Source: Candidatus Magasanikiibacteriota bacterium
GTDB taxonomy: Bacteria; Patescibacteriota; Patescibacteriia; Magasanikbacterales; GWA2-37-8
Reading direction: 5' to 3'
Assembly (NCBI GenBank): GCA_023246655.1
Contig: JAHFHX010000004.1
Span: forward strand, 2,762-66,761
Length of the DNA stretch: 64,000 nucleotides
Shown here: piece by piece, positions 47,400-56,464 of the stretch
How positions within the stretch are numbered: position 1 is the first letter of the stretch
Layout: each line of letters begins with the position of its first letter
Notes under the pieces: model-generated
What the model was told of the DNA's origin: nothing
Databases searched by the model: none
The model's input: only the letters and a program-made list of their open reading frames with translations
Position numbers and translations under genes: made by a program

Positions 47400-48491
47400 C
47401 TATTTTACAAATCCTTGTGCAACTAACAGCTCCCCGTTCAAAATGCCGCCGCCGGCAGCGCCGCGGATGGTGTTATGGCTGAGGCCAACAAATTTGTAAT
47501 CGAATACCGGGCAGGGGCGCAGGCGCCCAACGGTGACCGCCATGCCTTTATCGGCATCACGATCTTTGCGGGGCTGGGGGCGGTTATCTTCCGTACGGTA
47601 GATAATTGGTTGTACTGGAGCGGAAGGCAAATTCAGTTGCTGTGGTAGAGAACGAAACAATTGCCAGCTATTTTTAATTTCGTCGGGAGTTGGTTTTTTA
47701 TCTTTGAATCTGATACTCACGCATGCTAAGTGCCCGTCAATCACTGGTACCCGGTTGCAGTGTGCAGAGATGGTGAGGCCGGTTCGAGGAAGAATTTTAT
47801 TTTCAGCCATTGTACCCAGAATTTTGAGTGGCTCCTGTTCGGTTTTTTCTTCTTCACCGCCAATATAGGGCACGACGTTATCAAGAATATCTAGGCTCGC
47901 TACTCCTGGGTAACCAGCACCTGAGATCGCTTGGAGGGTCGTTACCACAACATCACTGAGCGTGTAGCCAGCTTGTTCCAGTGCATAGAGCGGTGTGAGA
48001 TAACTTTGCAAACTGCAATTGGGTTTAACAATAATGCAGCCACTCCAGCCGCGTTGCTTCTGTTGTGCGGTAATGAGATTAAGATGAGAGGCATTAATTT
48101 CTGGGATGAGCATGGGGATATCCTCAGTCCAGCGGTGAGCGGAAGCGTTGGAAACTACGGCGAGGCCAGCAACTGCATAGGTGTTTTCGGTTTCTTGCAG
48201 TGCAGTTTTATTCGGAAGTTCAATGGCCGAAAAAACTAGGCGGCAATTTTTCGCGGCATTCGTTATATCTTCAACAGCGTGGACGGGAAGTTCTAAAATG
48301 GCTGTTGGTATATTATCGGCCAGGTGAGAACGGCCGGCGATGGCTTCGCGATATGGTTTACCAGCGGAGTTGGCCGAGGCGGCGAGGTGTGTTAGAGTAA
48401 ACCACGGGTGGTTGGCTAAGAGTTGCACATAACGTTGCCCAACCATGCCCGTTGCACCCAGAATACCAACGGGGATTTTATGAGAGATCAT
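47400..48491 (-). CDS. asd: Aspartate-semialdehyde dehydrogenase
   Basis: GATGMVGQ, PNCS, QAISGAGYPG, CNRVPV.DGH, HNTIRGAAG. Confidence 0.97.
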   Translation of the reverse strand: MISHKIPVGILGATGMVGQRYVQLLANHPWFTLTHLAASANSAGKPYREAIAGRSHLADNIPTAILELPVHAVEDITNAAKNCRLVFSAIELPNKTALQETENTYAVAGLAVVSNASAHRWTEDIPMLIPEINASHLNLITAQQKQRGWSGCIIVKPNCSLQSYLTPLYALEQAGYTLSDVVVTTLQAISGAGYPGVASLDILDNVVPYIGGEEEKTEQEPLKILGTMAENKILPRTGLTISAHCNRVPVIDGHLACVSIRFKDKKPTPDEIKNSWQLFRSLPQQLNLPSAPVQPIIYRTEDNRPQPRKDRDADKGMAVTVGRLRPCPVFDYKFVGLSHNTIRGAAGGGILNGELLVAQGFVK

Positions 48492-48512
48492 ATTTTGTTG
48501 AGTTATAAAATT

Positions 48513-48926
48513 TTAATCCCCCCTCGAGGGGGGTAGTGGGGGTGTGAGCCCTTTGCGTGGCTCAATCCAATCGACAATTCGTTGGGTTACATTGTCAATA
48601 TCGCGACGCACCTCGTGTTCTTGAAATCGTAATACAATAAATCCTTGTTGTTCTAATTGTTGCTGTCGTTTTTTATCATATTCCATTTGAGCATCATGGC
48701 CAAAGCCATCGAGTTCAATTATAAGTTTTAATTCACGACAGTACAAGTCAACAATATAATTCAGTATTGTTGTTTGACGAATGAACTTGTAACCAAGTAA
48801 TTGGCGGCCTTTTAGTTTTTTCCACAATAATACTTCGCCGAGCGTAGAATTTTTACGTAAGTCTCGAGCTCGATTTTTAAGATTTGTTTTATATAAAGAG
48901 AACGTTCGGTTTGTTTTGATAACCAT
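48513..48926 (-). CDS. DUF559 / Vsr-like endonuclease
   Basis: RARDLRKN.T..E..LW..L, YKF.RQ, YIVD.YC..LKLIIELDG..H, D..R...L...GF.VLRF. Confidence 0.92.
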   Translation of the reverse strand: MVIKTNRTFSLYKTNLKNRARDLRKNSTLGEVLLWKKLKGRQLLGYKFIRQTTILNYIVDLYCRELKLIIELDGFGHDAQMEYDKKRQQQLEQQGFIVLRFQEHEVRRDIDNVTQRIVDWIEPRKGLTPPLPPSRGD

Positions 48927-48983
48927 ATTAGTGACGACTCTCGGAAGCTCACACCCCCCGTGAACCCCCCTCAAGGGGGGATT
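48515..48983. mobile_element. DUF559 gene bracketed by inverted family-B repeats, inside the thr operon
   Basis: AATCCCCCCTCGAGGGGGGTAGTGGGGGTGTGAG (48515-48548) and CTCACACCCCCCGTGAACCCCCCTCAAGGGGGGATT (48948-48983). Confidence 0.65.
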
Positions 48984-51405
48984 TGAGCTCTTTAATACTT
49001 TGTAAAATTCCAGAGAGGACACCGGCTGCGGTAACCTCGGGGCCAGCACCAGGGCCGCGAATGACCAGCGGAGAGTGGTGATAGTGCGTAGAGGTAATAG
49101 CAACAATATTGTCGCTGCCGGTGAGATTATAGAAGGGATGATCTGGGCCAACGAGGCGAAGTTTTACTAAAGCGCGATTACGTTCTATGGTAGCAATATA
49201 GCGGAGCACTTTTTTATTGCGGGCGGCCTGTTTTTTTTGTTGTTCGAATTCAGCATCGTATTTTGGCAAGAGACGGAAAAATTCGGAAATTGAGGCGGCG
49301 TGCGCACAAGCTTTGGGGAGTAGATTATCGATTTTGACTTCCGATGTTTCCAGTTGCCAACCGCATTCGCGTGCGAGGATGACGACTTTGCGCACCACAT
49401 CAACCCCGCCCAGATCAACGCGCGGATCAGATTCCGTGAAACCTTTATCTCGTGCTTCCTTTACTAGAGCACTCCAGTGCTTGGCGCCAACAAAGCTATT
49501 GAAGAGAAAACTTAATGTTCCTGAAAGAATTCCTTCAATTTTAATTATTCTGTCGCCACTCTCAATGAGGCGTTGTAGAGTGGTGATAATTGGTAGTCCA
49601 GCTCCCACATTGGTTTCATAATGCCACGGTGTTTTTTGAGCCAATGTTTTTAGGAGTTGATAGTTTTTGTTTGGCCCAGCAGCCGCCTGTTTGTTGGGGG
49701 TTACTATCGCAATTCCGGCCTCGAGCAATTCTGGATAGTAAGGAACGATATCTGCTCCGGCTGTGCAATCTACGAGGACGCGACGTGGGAGTAGTGATTT
49801 TTTTAGAGTTTCTAGAAATATCTTTAGATCGGGCGCTCTTCCTACCGTGGTTAACGTTTTTTTCCAGGCGGAACTCTGTATGCCTTGTTCATCAATGAGC
49901 ATCGCGTGGTTATTTGTTAATCCGACGAGCTTGATTGACGGTTGATTTTTTATCATGTTTAACAATGTTCCGCCGACCACACCGGTTCCAACCACAAAGA
50001 CAGCTGTAGTATTGGCAGTATTTTTAAAAAATGCCTCGTGAATAGCTTGGAGCGCTCTAATTTCATCCCGGCCTTGGATTACCACAGAAATATTGAGCTC
50101 AGATGACCCCTGGGCGATAGCCACCACGTTTATTCCGGCGTGCCCAAGCGCATTAAAAACAGTGCCACTCACCCCAGGCGTGTGGCGCATATTTTCTCCT
50201 ACCACGGCGATGATGGAAAGGTTCTCGGTAATTGTGAGAGGTTCTAAGTAATGCCCAGAGAGCTCCAGGGCATATTCATTTTCAACCACGCGGCGCGCTA
50301 AAATAACATCGGCCGCTGCCACCGCAAAGGAAATAGAATATTCAGAGGAGGCCTGGGTAATGAGAATAATATTAATACCAGCTCTTGCAATAGCGCCAAA
50401 GAGGCGTTCGGCCATGCCAGCAACACCGACGAGCCCACTGCCGGCTACGGTGATCATCGCAATTTTTTGAATTGAAGAAATACCTTTTATCGCATAGGAG
50501 AACGGCTTATCTTCGAAATTAATAAGCGTGCCCGGGTGCCGGGGGTTAAAGGTATTTTTAATTAGAAGTGGGATGTTTGCCTCTAGCGCCGGGAGCATGG
50601 TGGGCGGATGGATAACTTTGGCCCCAAAATAAGACATTTCCATAGCTTCACGGTAGGTAAGTGAGGGCAGGGAGAAAGCGGTAGGAACTTGTTTGGGGTT
50701 GGCAGTCATCACACCATTTACATCGGTCCAAATTTCGATGACGTCGGCTGTGAGGGCGGCCCCAAAGAGGGCAGCAGTATAATCTGATCCACCGCGGCCA
50801 AGTGTTGTGGTTTGCCCAGCAGCGGTTTTACCAATAAAGCCCGTAGCGATGGGAAGGGAGGTTGGGTGATTTTTACACCAGGTTTGAATATTGCGATAGC
50901 TATGGGCGCGGTCAACGTGGGCATTGCCAAAGTGGTCGTCGGTCAGAATAACTTCCCGGGTATCTAAGTATACCGCTTTAAGATCTTGACTTATGAAAGC
51001 GGCCGTAATGATGGTAGCTGAGAGGCGTTCACCAAAGCTCATAATAAAATCCAGCATTGACGGTGTTAATTCTTTCACCAGTGAGACACCATGGATGATT
51101 TGTTTTAATTCTTTGAACATCAACTCAATCTGAGCCATGGCAGCAGGCTGCTGTTTTTCCCCGACGAGTTCTTGGATCGCATCCTGGTGTCGAGTATGGA
51201 GCGCTAAGAGAGGTGGTTGAAAATCTTCACTCCCCGTGCTGGCTCGTTTCCCGAGAGCGATAAGCTGATCGGTGATGCCGCTAAAAGCCGAAACTACTAC
51301 CACCAGCTGCCGATGTTTTCTGCGGGTTTCCTTAATAATTTTGATGATTTGTTTAATAGCAGCCGGCGAGCCAACTGATGTTCCTCCAAATTTAAGTATT
51401 TTCAT
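48949..51405 (-). CDS. thrA: Bifunctional aspartokinase / homoserine dehydrogenase
   Basis: KFGGTSVG, TLGRGGSDY, ACT domains, G.G.VG, YETNVGAGLP, GPGAG..VTA. Confidence 0.97.
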   Translation of the reverse strand: MKILKFGGTSVGSPAAIKQIIKIIKETRRKHRQLVVVVSAFSGITDQLIALGKRASTGSEDFQPPLLALHTRHQDAIQELVGEKQQPAAMAQIELMFKELKQIIHGVSLVKELTPSMLDFIMSFGERLSATIITAAFISQDLKAVYLDTREVILTDDHFGNAHVDRAHSYRNIQTWCKNHPTSLPIATGFIGKTAAGQTTTLGRGGSDYTAALFGAALTADVIEIWTDVNGVMTANPKQVPTAFSLPSLTYREAMEMSYFGAKVIHPPTMLPALEANIPLLIKNTFNPRHPGTLINFEDKPFSYAIKGISSIQKIAMITVAGSGLVGVAGMAERLFGAIARAGINIILITQASSEYSISFAVAAADVILARRVVENEYALELSGHYLEPLTITENLSIIAVVGENMRHTPGVSGTVFNALGHAGINVVAIAQGSSELNISVVIQGRDEIRALQAIHEAFFKNTANTTAVFVVGTGVVGGTLLNMIKNQPSIKLVGLTNNHAMLIDEQGIQSSAWKKTLTTVGRAPDLKIFLETLKKSLLPRRVLVDCTAGADIVPYYPELLEAGIAIVTPNKQAAAGPNKNYQLLKTLAQKTPWHYETNVGAGLPIITTLQRLIESGDRIIKIEGILSGTLSFLFNSFVGAKHWSALVKEARDKGFTESDPRVDLGGVDVVRKVVILARECGWQLETSEVKIDNLLPKACAHAASISEFFRLLPKYDAEFEQQKKQAARNKKVLRYIATIERNRALVKLRLVGPDHPFYNLTGSDNIVAITSTHYHHSPLVIRGPGAGPEVTAAGVLSGILQSIKELKSPLEGGSRGV

Positions 51406-51431
51406 ATCCTGTATATCAATTTATGTTTTTT

Positions 51432-51555
51432 AAATAAAACCGACTCCTTAAGGTTGAAGTCGGCTGTTTGATAGGTATGTATCAGACAAACTTCAACCAC
51501 CCTACATGGTGGTAGTGGTGGTTGCAGTATTCGTATTGAGGTGATGCATAGACAT
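51432..51555 (-). promoter_or_regulatory. thrL: thr operon attenuator with leader peptide MSMHHLNTNTATTTTTM (51502-51555)
   Basis: 7 Thr codons; GGTTGAAGT/ACTTCAACC alternative pairing; CCGACT...AGTCGG-TTTT terminator. Confidence 0.88.
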
Positions 51556-51652
51556 GAAAATACTGTAACCCTGGCTTAGGTGTTTGTCAAATTAAGCTGT
51601 GAACAAAAATTGCCGTAGCTCAAACAACGCTTTGTCGTTTCTTCCCTTTCAA

Positions 51653-53374
51653 TTATTTCGCTATTCTGTCATTTACAATTTCCAGCTTATAAATTTTTTC
51701 ATCATCAAACCAATTTTCGTTGGTGCGCTGAGAGGCCCAGAGGTAGCCACCGTATTTGTTATCAGCGTTCTCCCAGGCTAAATCCCAGGTGCCTTCGCTC
51801 GCGATGTAGATGGCGCCTAGCAATTTTCCGGTTTTATCAAATTTGCCAATGCGATTGTCCACCGGAATCCAGAAGTAGTGTCCATCCCAGGTGAGCCCGC
51901 CACCGCCGTCAATGTCTTTGAGTTTGAATTGGCTCATTAATTTGCCCTGGCGATCCATTTTGTAGACGATACTGGTGGTCCAGCCCATGATGTAGAGATA
52001 CTGGCCGTCCCAGGTGAGGCCTTTGGCGCCGCGGGTTTGGTCAGGGTTAGGGAATGAAAATAATTCTTTACCGGTTTCAGGATCAACGGAGTAGGTGCGC
52101 TTTTCGGCAAAGTCGGTGAGCCAGAGATTCGTTCCGTCGAAGGCCATGCCCCAGGGCTGGGCGCTATTCACTTTGAATTGTTTAAGAATTTTGCCGGTGT
52201 CGCCATCGAGTTTGTAGACGTCACCCGAGAGCGTGGCCGCCCAGACATTTTTGCCATCCATGGCAAGCGACCACGTGAGACCCAGACCGGTGCCAATTTT
52301 TTTCACAATGCGCCGAGTTTCGTCATCGGGGTAGACATATTGATATTTGTCCTTGACGCGATCGCCGGGCGTGTAGCCGAGGTCGAAGACTTTGGTGTCG
52401 GGGTAGTCGAAGGCAATTTCGCTGGCGCCGTCCCCGGGTTCATTCTTGGTGATCACCGAATCAGGGCAACGCAGCGGATTATCTTTGGCGACGATTTTAT
52501 AATTGATCAGGGTGAGTTTGTTGTTTCCCTCGCCACACATAATGCCGTTGATAGTGTTATTGAGCATTGAGTTGTTGGTTGCCGTGACGGTGGACGCGTC
52601 GTCGAGCGACAGGCCGGCCGCGCCGTTTTCCTTTAGAATATTATTTTCCACCGTGGCTTCAGAGGCATCAACGTGGAGGCCGTGTGTGCCATTTTTTTCA
52701 AAGAGATTGTTACGCACGACTGCCTTGTTAAATTGTTCCATGGCCATGCCGTTGTAGCCATTTTGGTAGACGCGGTTGAATTCAATGAGCGGCGTGGAGT
52801 AGGATTCGGCGTAGAGCCCTTCCCAGTTGTTCCAGCGGATAATGGAGTGGGAGATGACGGCGTCCGATTGCCACAGGTTAATGCCCTGCTGGCCGAATTC
52901 CACAATGACGTATTTAAAGATACTCCCGGTTTTGCCCGCCAAGTGAATCATACTCCAGTCGCCGTTTTGGGGATTCCGATCGGCGGATGGGAAGGTGATT
53001 TGTTTGTCCGGCGTGCCCACGGCTTTGATGGTTCCAAATATATTCATCCCGAGTTTGTCCGGCCGCTTGTAGTCGCGGCTGGGTTTGAAGGCGATGGTGG
53101 TGCCAGGCTCAATTGTGAGCGTGACGCCTTTGGGAACACTGATTGCCCCAGTGATGAAAATTTTTCCGCCCCAGGTTTCGTTTTTGGAAATTTCTCCAGC
53201 GCGGGTGGTGTCCATAATAATTTTTGGAGTTGGTGCCGGCGCAACCACCACAATTTTTGCTTTGCGTTTGATGATTTTCTTTTTAACTTTTTTTGTCGCG
53301 GTAAAGGCGCTGGAGGTGATGAAGGTGGTGGCGAGGAGGGTGATGAGAATGAGAGCGGGGAGTTTTTTCATCAT
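51653..53374 (-). CDS. Secreted right-handed beta-helix plus beta-propeller protein
   Basis: TLTIEPGT, GT....I.F.S, PbH1-like repeats; C-terminal GLTWDG blades. Confidence 0.82.
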   Translation of the reverse strand: MMKKLPALILITLLATTFITSSAFTATKKVKKKIIKRKAKIVVVAPAPTPKIIMDTTRAGEISKNETWGGKIFITGAISVPKGVTLTIEPGTTIAFKPSRDYKRPDKLGMNIFGTIKAVGTPDKQITFPSADRNPQNGDWSMIHLAGKTGSIFKYVIVEFGQQGINLWQSDAVISHSIIRWNNWEGLYAESYSTPLIEFNRVYQNGYNGMAMEQFNKAVVRNNLFEKNGTHGLHVDASEATVENNILKENGAAGLSLDDASTVTATNNSMLNNTINGIMCGEGNNKLTLINYKIVAKDNPLRCPDSVITKNEPGDGASEIAFDYPDTKVFDLGYTPGDRVKDKYQYVYPDDETRRIVKKIGTGLGLTWSLAMDGKNVWAATLSGDVYKLDGDTGKILKQFKVNSAQPWGMAFDGTNLWLTDFAEKRTYSVDPETGKELFSFPNPDQTRGAKGLTWDGQYLYIMGWTTSIVYKMDRQGKLMSQFKLKDIDGGGGLTWDGHYFWIPVDNRIGKFDKTGKLLGAIYIASEGTWDLAWENADNKYGGYLWASQRTNENWFDDEKIYKLEIVNDRIAK

Positions 53375-53389
53375 AATTATTTTGAGATA

Positions 53390-53728
53390 TTAATTTATGG
53401 ACAGAATAAGAAAGGCGCTGGTCGCGAGCGCGATGCCAATGTAGGTTGTGATGGATATTGATTCCCGTAACAATAAGAGCCCGATAATATTAGCAAACAC
53501 AATCGATACTATTGCGAAGAGTGTTATGGTTTTGCCGAGTTGAATAGTTGTAAAGACGTAGAGCTGACCAAGCGTGGCTAAAGAGTGTAATAATACATAT
53601 ATAATAAACCAACCATGCAAAAAACTATTTATCGTAAAGCCATATTTGTGCATGAAGTGGCGACCGAGCACGTCACTGGCAGTGAAAACAAGCTGGGTTA
53701 AAATGAGGATTATGAGGGGCGATGTCAT
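53390..53728 (-). CDS. Small DMT/EamA-like membrane protein
   Basis: Four TM helices ending G..LL.E.I....YIG. Confidence 0.65.
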   Translation of the reverse strand: MTSPLIILILTQLVFTASDVLGRHFMHKYGFTINSFLHGWFIIYVLLHSLATLGQLYVFTTIQLGKTITLFAIVSIVFANIIGLLLLRESISITTYIGIALATSAFLILSIN

Positions 53729-53807
53729 AGCATTGCTTAAGCTAGATAATTTTGTTAAGATGAACGCAAAGTTGTACATATCATATCAAGAATTTGATAG
53801 GTTGACT

Positions 53808-55139
53808 ATGATGGAAAATGTCCTAAAAATTCTCATCCTCCACGACTATTTTCTCTACAAAGGCGGCGGGGAGCGGTTGGTGATTAGTCTTGCCAAAAAT
53901 TTGGGGGCGGATGTGGCGACGGCGTTTATTGCCAAGGATGCTTTTGATCCGCGTGAGCACGGGATTAGGACGATTGAATTATATAAAGAGAAGGCGTGGT
54001 CGCGTGTGCCCGGGTTTCGATATTTGCAGGTGCAGTCGTCGTTTTTGTTTAAGACGGGGTTTGTAAAGAATTATGATGTAGTGATTTATAGTGGCGATTG
54101 TTTGACGGCAGCACTTCGAACTGGCGTATTGTCATCCCGAGCGAGGCTCGCGCCGACGAGGGATCTCTGTCCGTCGGTGAGTGAGCCAGAGATTCTTCGC
54201 TCTGCTCAGAATGACAGTAAAAAATCAGAAAGACGGCCAGTGAACATCGCTTACATGCACACGCCGCCTCGGCATTTGTATGATTTGTATGACGAGAGAT
54301 TGCGCTCATATCCCTGGTGGAAGAAAATTATTTTTGTGCCGTTTGTCTTGTTTAACCGGTGGAGATTTTTAGCCTTGGCACGAATGATGGATAGGATTGT
54401 GACGAATTCGAAAAATACTCAAGCGCGGATAAAAAAGTATCTGGGACTCGATTCGATAGTAGTGTATCCGCCGTGTGACACTCTTCCGTTCAAAAATCTC
54501 CGTCATTCCGAGCGAGGCCTCGCGGCCGACGAGGAATCTCTGTCCGTTTCGTCAACGAGTGAGACAGAGATTCCTCCTGCGGTCGGGATGACAAGTGTTG
54601 GCGATTATTTTTTCTCCTGGGCGCGATTGTATGATGTGAAACGGGTTCACCTCATCGCGGAGGCATTTGCCAAGATGCCAGACAAAAAAGTAGTCATTGC
54701 ATCGCAGGGCCCAGAGTTTGAGCGGATAAAAAAAATTGTTGAGGGGCACAGCAATATTACGCTTCTAGGTTGGATTGATGACCAACAATTGCTGGAGTAT
54801 TTGGGCAAATCTTTAGCCACGATTTACATTCCCATGGCTGAGGATTTTGGGATGACGGCGGTGGAATCCATGCAAGCGGGGAAGCCGGTGATTGGGGTGG
54901 CGGAGGGAGGACTTTTAGAAATCATTGAAGATAATAAAAATGGGTTGATGTTGAAACCGGATTTTACGGTTGACGATTTACGATTGAAGATTTTAGAAAT
55001 GACACCAGAGCGGGTGCGGGTGATGGAAGCAGCGTGTTATGAAACGGCGAAGAAGTTTAGTGAAGCGGCATTTGTGGAGGGGATGAGGGAGGTGATTGAG
55101 AAATACCAAATACCAAATACCAAATACCAAAGCTGTTGA
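53808..55139 (+). CDS. GT4 glycosyltransferase with two in-frame family-A insertions
   Basis: HDYF..KGGGER, YMHTPPR, VVYPP, EDFGMT.VE.M.AGKPVI. Confidence 0.92.
   Translation: MMENVLKILILHDYFLYKGGGERLVISLAKNLGADVATAFIAKDAFDPREHGIRTIELYKEKAWSRVPGFRYLQVQSSFLFKTGFVKNYDVVIYSGDCLTAALRTGVLSSRARLAPTRDLCPSVSEPEILRSAQNDSKKSERRPVNIAYMHTPPRHLYDLYDERLRSYPWWKKIIFVPFVLFNRWRFLALARMMDRIVTNSKNTQARIKKYLGLDSIVVYPPCDTLPFKNLRHSERGLAADEESLSVSSTSETEIPPAVGMTSVGDYFFSWARLYDVKRVHLIAEAFAKMPDKKVVIASQGPEFERIKKIVEGHSNITLLGWIDDQQLLEYLGKSLATIYIPMAEDFGMTAVESMQAGKPVIGVAEGGLLEIIEDNKNGLMLKPDFTVDDLRLKILEMTPERVRVMEAACYETAKKFSEAAFVEGMREVIEKYQIPNTKYQSC
54131..54215. repeat. Family-A element, in-frame in GT4
   Basis: GTCATCCCGAGCGAGG...GAGGGATCTCTGTCCGTCGGTGAGTGAGCCAGAGATTCTTC...AGAATGAC. 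Confidence 0.9.
54502..54592. repeat. Family-A element, second in-frame copy in GT4
   Basis: GTCATTCCGAGCGAGG...GAGGAATCTCTGTCCGT...GAGACAGAGATTCCTC...CGGGATGAC. Confidence 0.9.
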
Positions 55140-55145
55140 TTCTTT

Positions 55146-55412
55146 TTATTTCAATAACGCCGTCAACTTCTCCCGCACTTTTTTTAATTTTGGATTAATC
55201 ACGGCCATGCAATACGCCTGGTCTGGGTTCTTGGCGAAATAGTCGTGGTGGTATTCTTCGGCTTCGTAGAATGTGGTGAGGGGCTCTAAAGTGGTGACGA
55301 CGTTAAGGCCATCTTTTTTTAAATCCGCGATGTATTTTTCCGCGGCGGTTTTTTGTTCGTCGTTTGAGTACATAATGGTGGAGCGGTATTGGGTGCCGGT
55401 GTCGCCGCCGCG
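55146..55412 (-). pseudogene. msrA: 3' fragment of peptide-methionine sulfoxide reductase MsrA
   Basis: D.GTQYRS.I, FYEAEEYHHDYF.KNP...YC..VI.PK; catalytic GCFW N-terminus is absent. Confidence 0.8.
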
Positions 55413-55456
55413 TCCCCCGTTCTCTTGGCAACAAAGTTTGTTGTTAGAAGAATAAA

Positions 55457-55487
55457 AATATCCCGCGACGTAACGTCGTGGGATATT
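55457..55487 (-). terminator. Intrinsic terminator downstream of the candidate ncRNA
   Basis: AATATCCCGCGACG-TAA-CGTCGTGGGATATT with a T-tract on the minus strand. Confidence 0.75.
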
Positions 55488-55499
55488 CTTTTTAAGAGG

Positions 55500-55648
55500 A
55501 GTCGCAGGGTAAGACCTCCTCGCTTGGTGCGCAATCCCGATTTCGGGATGCCCGCTTCCGTTTGCCAACCGTAAGGCCGGCGGGATAGGAAGCGTTGTGG
55601 CACTGAGCACATTACACGAGAAGACCAGCTGTCTTACCCTGCGTGAGA
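55500..55648 (-). ncRNA. Putative ~145-nt rod-like small RNA (6S-like or novel)
   Basis: 13-bp terminal stem CGCAGGGTAAGAC/GTCTTACCCTGCG, nested inner stems, upstream TAGACA-17-TAAAAC promoter and downstream terminator. Confidence 0.55.
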
Positions 55649-55734
55649 TGTTTTAGCATTTTTTAAATTATATGTCTAATTAACGATGTTTTGAGAAAGG
55701 GGGCACGAGAACCGTGCCCCCCTGTGGCTGCAAT

Positions 55735-56442
55735 TCAGGGAGGGAGGTGGCCAGCGCGGATGGCCTCAAGGAGGAGGCTGTCGTAGAACGCGACGTTCCA
55801 GGTGAGATCTTCGGCCTGGGAAGCTCGGGCTCGTTCGCGGAGCGCACGATCATTCTTGCAGAGCATGTGGAGCTCACGCAGAAGATCGATTGAGTGGCCG
55901 ACGTCGGCTTCGCAGTGGACGGTGAAGTACGGGCTCCAAGTTGCTGGTTCGCCAGAGCGTACGCGCTTGAGTGCAGTCATGAGGCGGGGGAATTCCCGCG
56001 GACAGATGAACTCCTCGGAAGCCATTGTAGCGAGTGCTCGTACGGGGTCGCCAGCAACGGCGTTTTGTAGCCCTTGGAGAATCACTCTAGTTCCGGTGAG
56101 TGCTGGCGCGTGGCGATAGGTTCGCAGGGACACTCCGACGGTTGCGAGCACTCCCTGAAAAAGCTGGAAGTGTTCGGCCTTGGGGTTGCCATTCCCCAAT
56201 TCATCCACGATGTTCCTTTGGATGATGCCGTGAGCGCGGTTGGGAACCAACGGGTTATTCCGAAGTGTCGTGAGAATCCTGCCGAAGATCTCGTCGATCA
56301 TGCCGGCTTGGATGGCCCAGACGCGCAGGAGCGCGAGTGTTGGTTGCGTCTCTATGAGCTTGAACCACGGGTGTTTCCAGAGTGGGTGCTGGAGAGCGCG
56401 GCGAGTAAACTGTTCCTCAAAAACGCGGTAGCGCATGTCCAT
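55735..56442 (-). CDS. Heme-oxygenase-like diiron (TenA/PqqC/CADD-like) redox enzyme, GC-rich
   Basis: HPW, DE, DELG......H..LF, SEE, YF.VH...D..H; SD AGGAGG; GGGGGCACG/CGTGCCCCC hairpin downstream. Confidence 0.78.
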   Translation of the reverse strand: MDMRYRVFEEQFTRRALQHPLWKHPWFKLIETQPTLALLRVWAIQAGMIDEIFGRILTTLRNNPLVPNRAHGIIQRNIVDELGNGNPKAEHFQLFQGVLATVGVSLRTYRHAPALTGTRVILQGLQNAVAGDPVRALATMASEEFICPREFPRLMTALKRVRSGEPATWSPYFTVHCEADVGHSIDLLRELHMLCKNDRALRERARASQAEDLTWNVAFYDSLLLEAIRAGHLPP

Positions 56443-56464
56443 TGCCTCCTGTTTTTGCAGCATT

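Noticed and set aside
55146-55610. 154-aa ORF as an intact novel MsrA fusion
   Set aside because: Its N-terminal part reads through the ncRNA and its terminator and lacks the catalytic GCFW motif.
55500-55648. SRP RNA or c-di-GMP riboswitch identity for the ncRNA candidate
   Set aside because: It lacks the SRP CAGG-x-GNRA-x-AGCA motif and the ordered GEMM stems, and there is no intact downstream gene to regulate.
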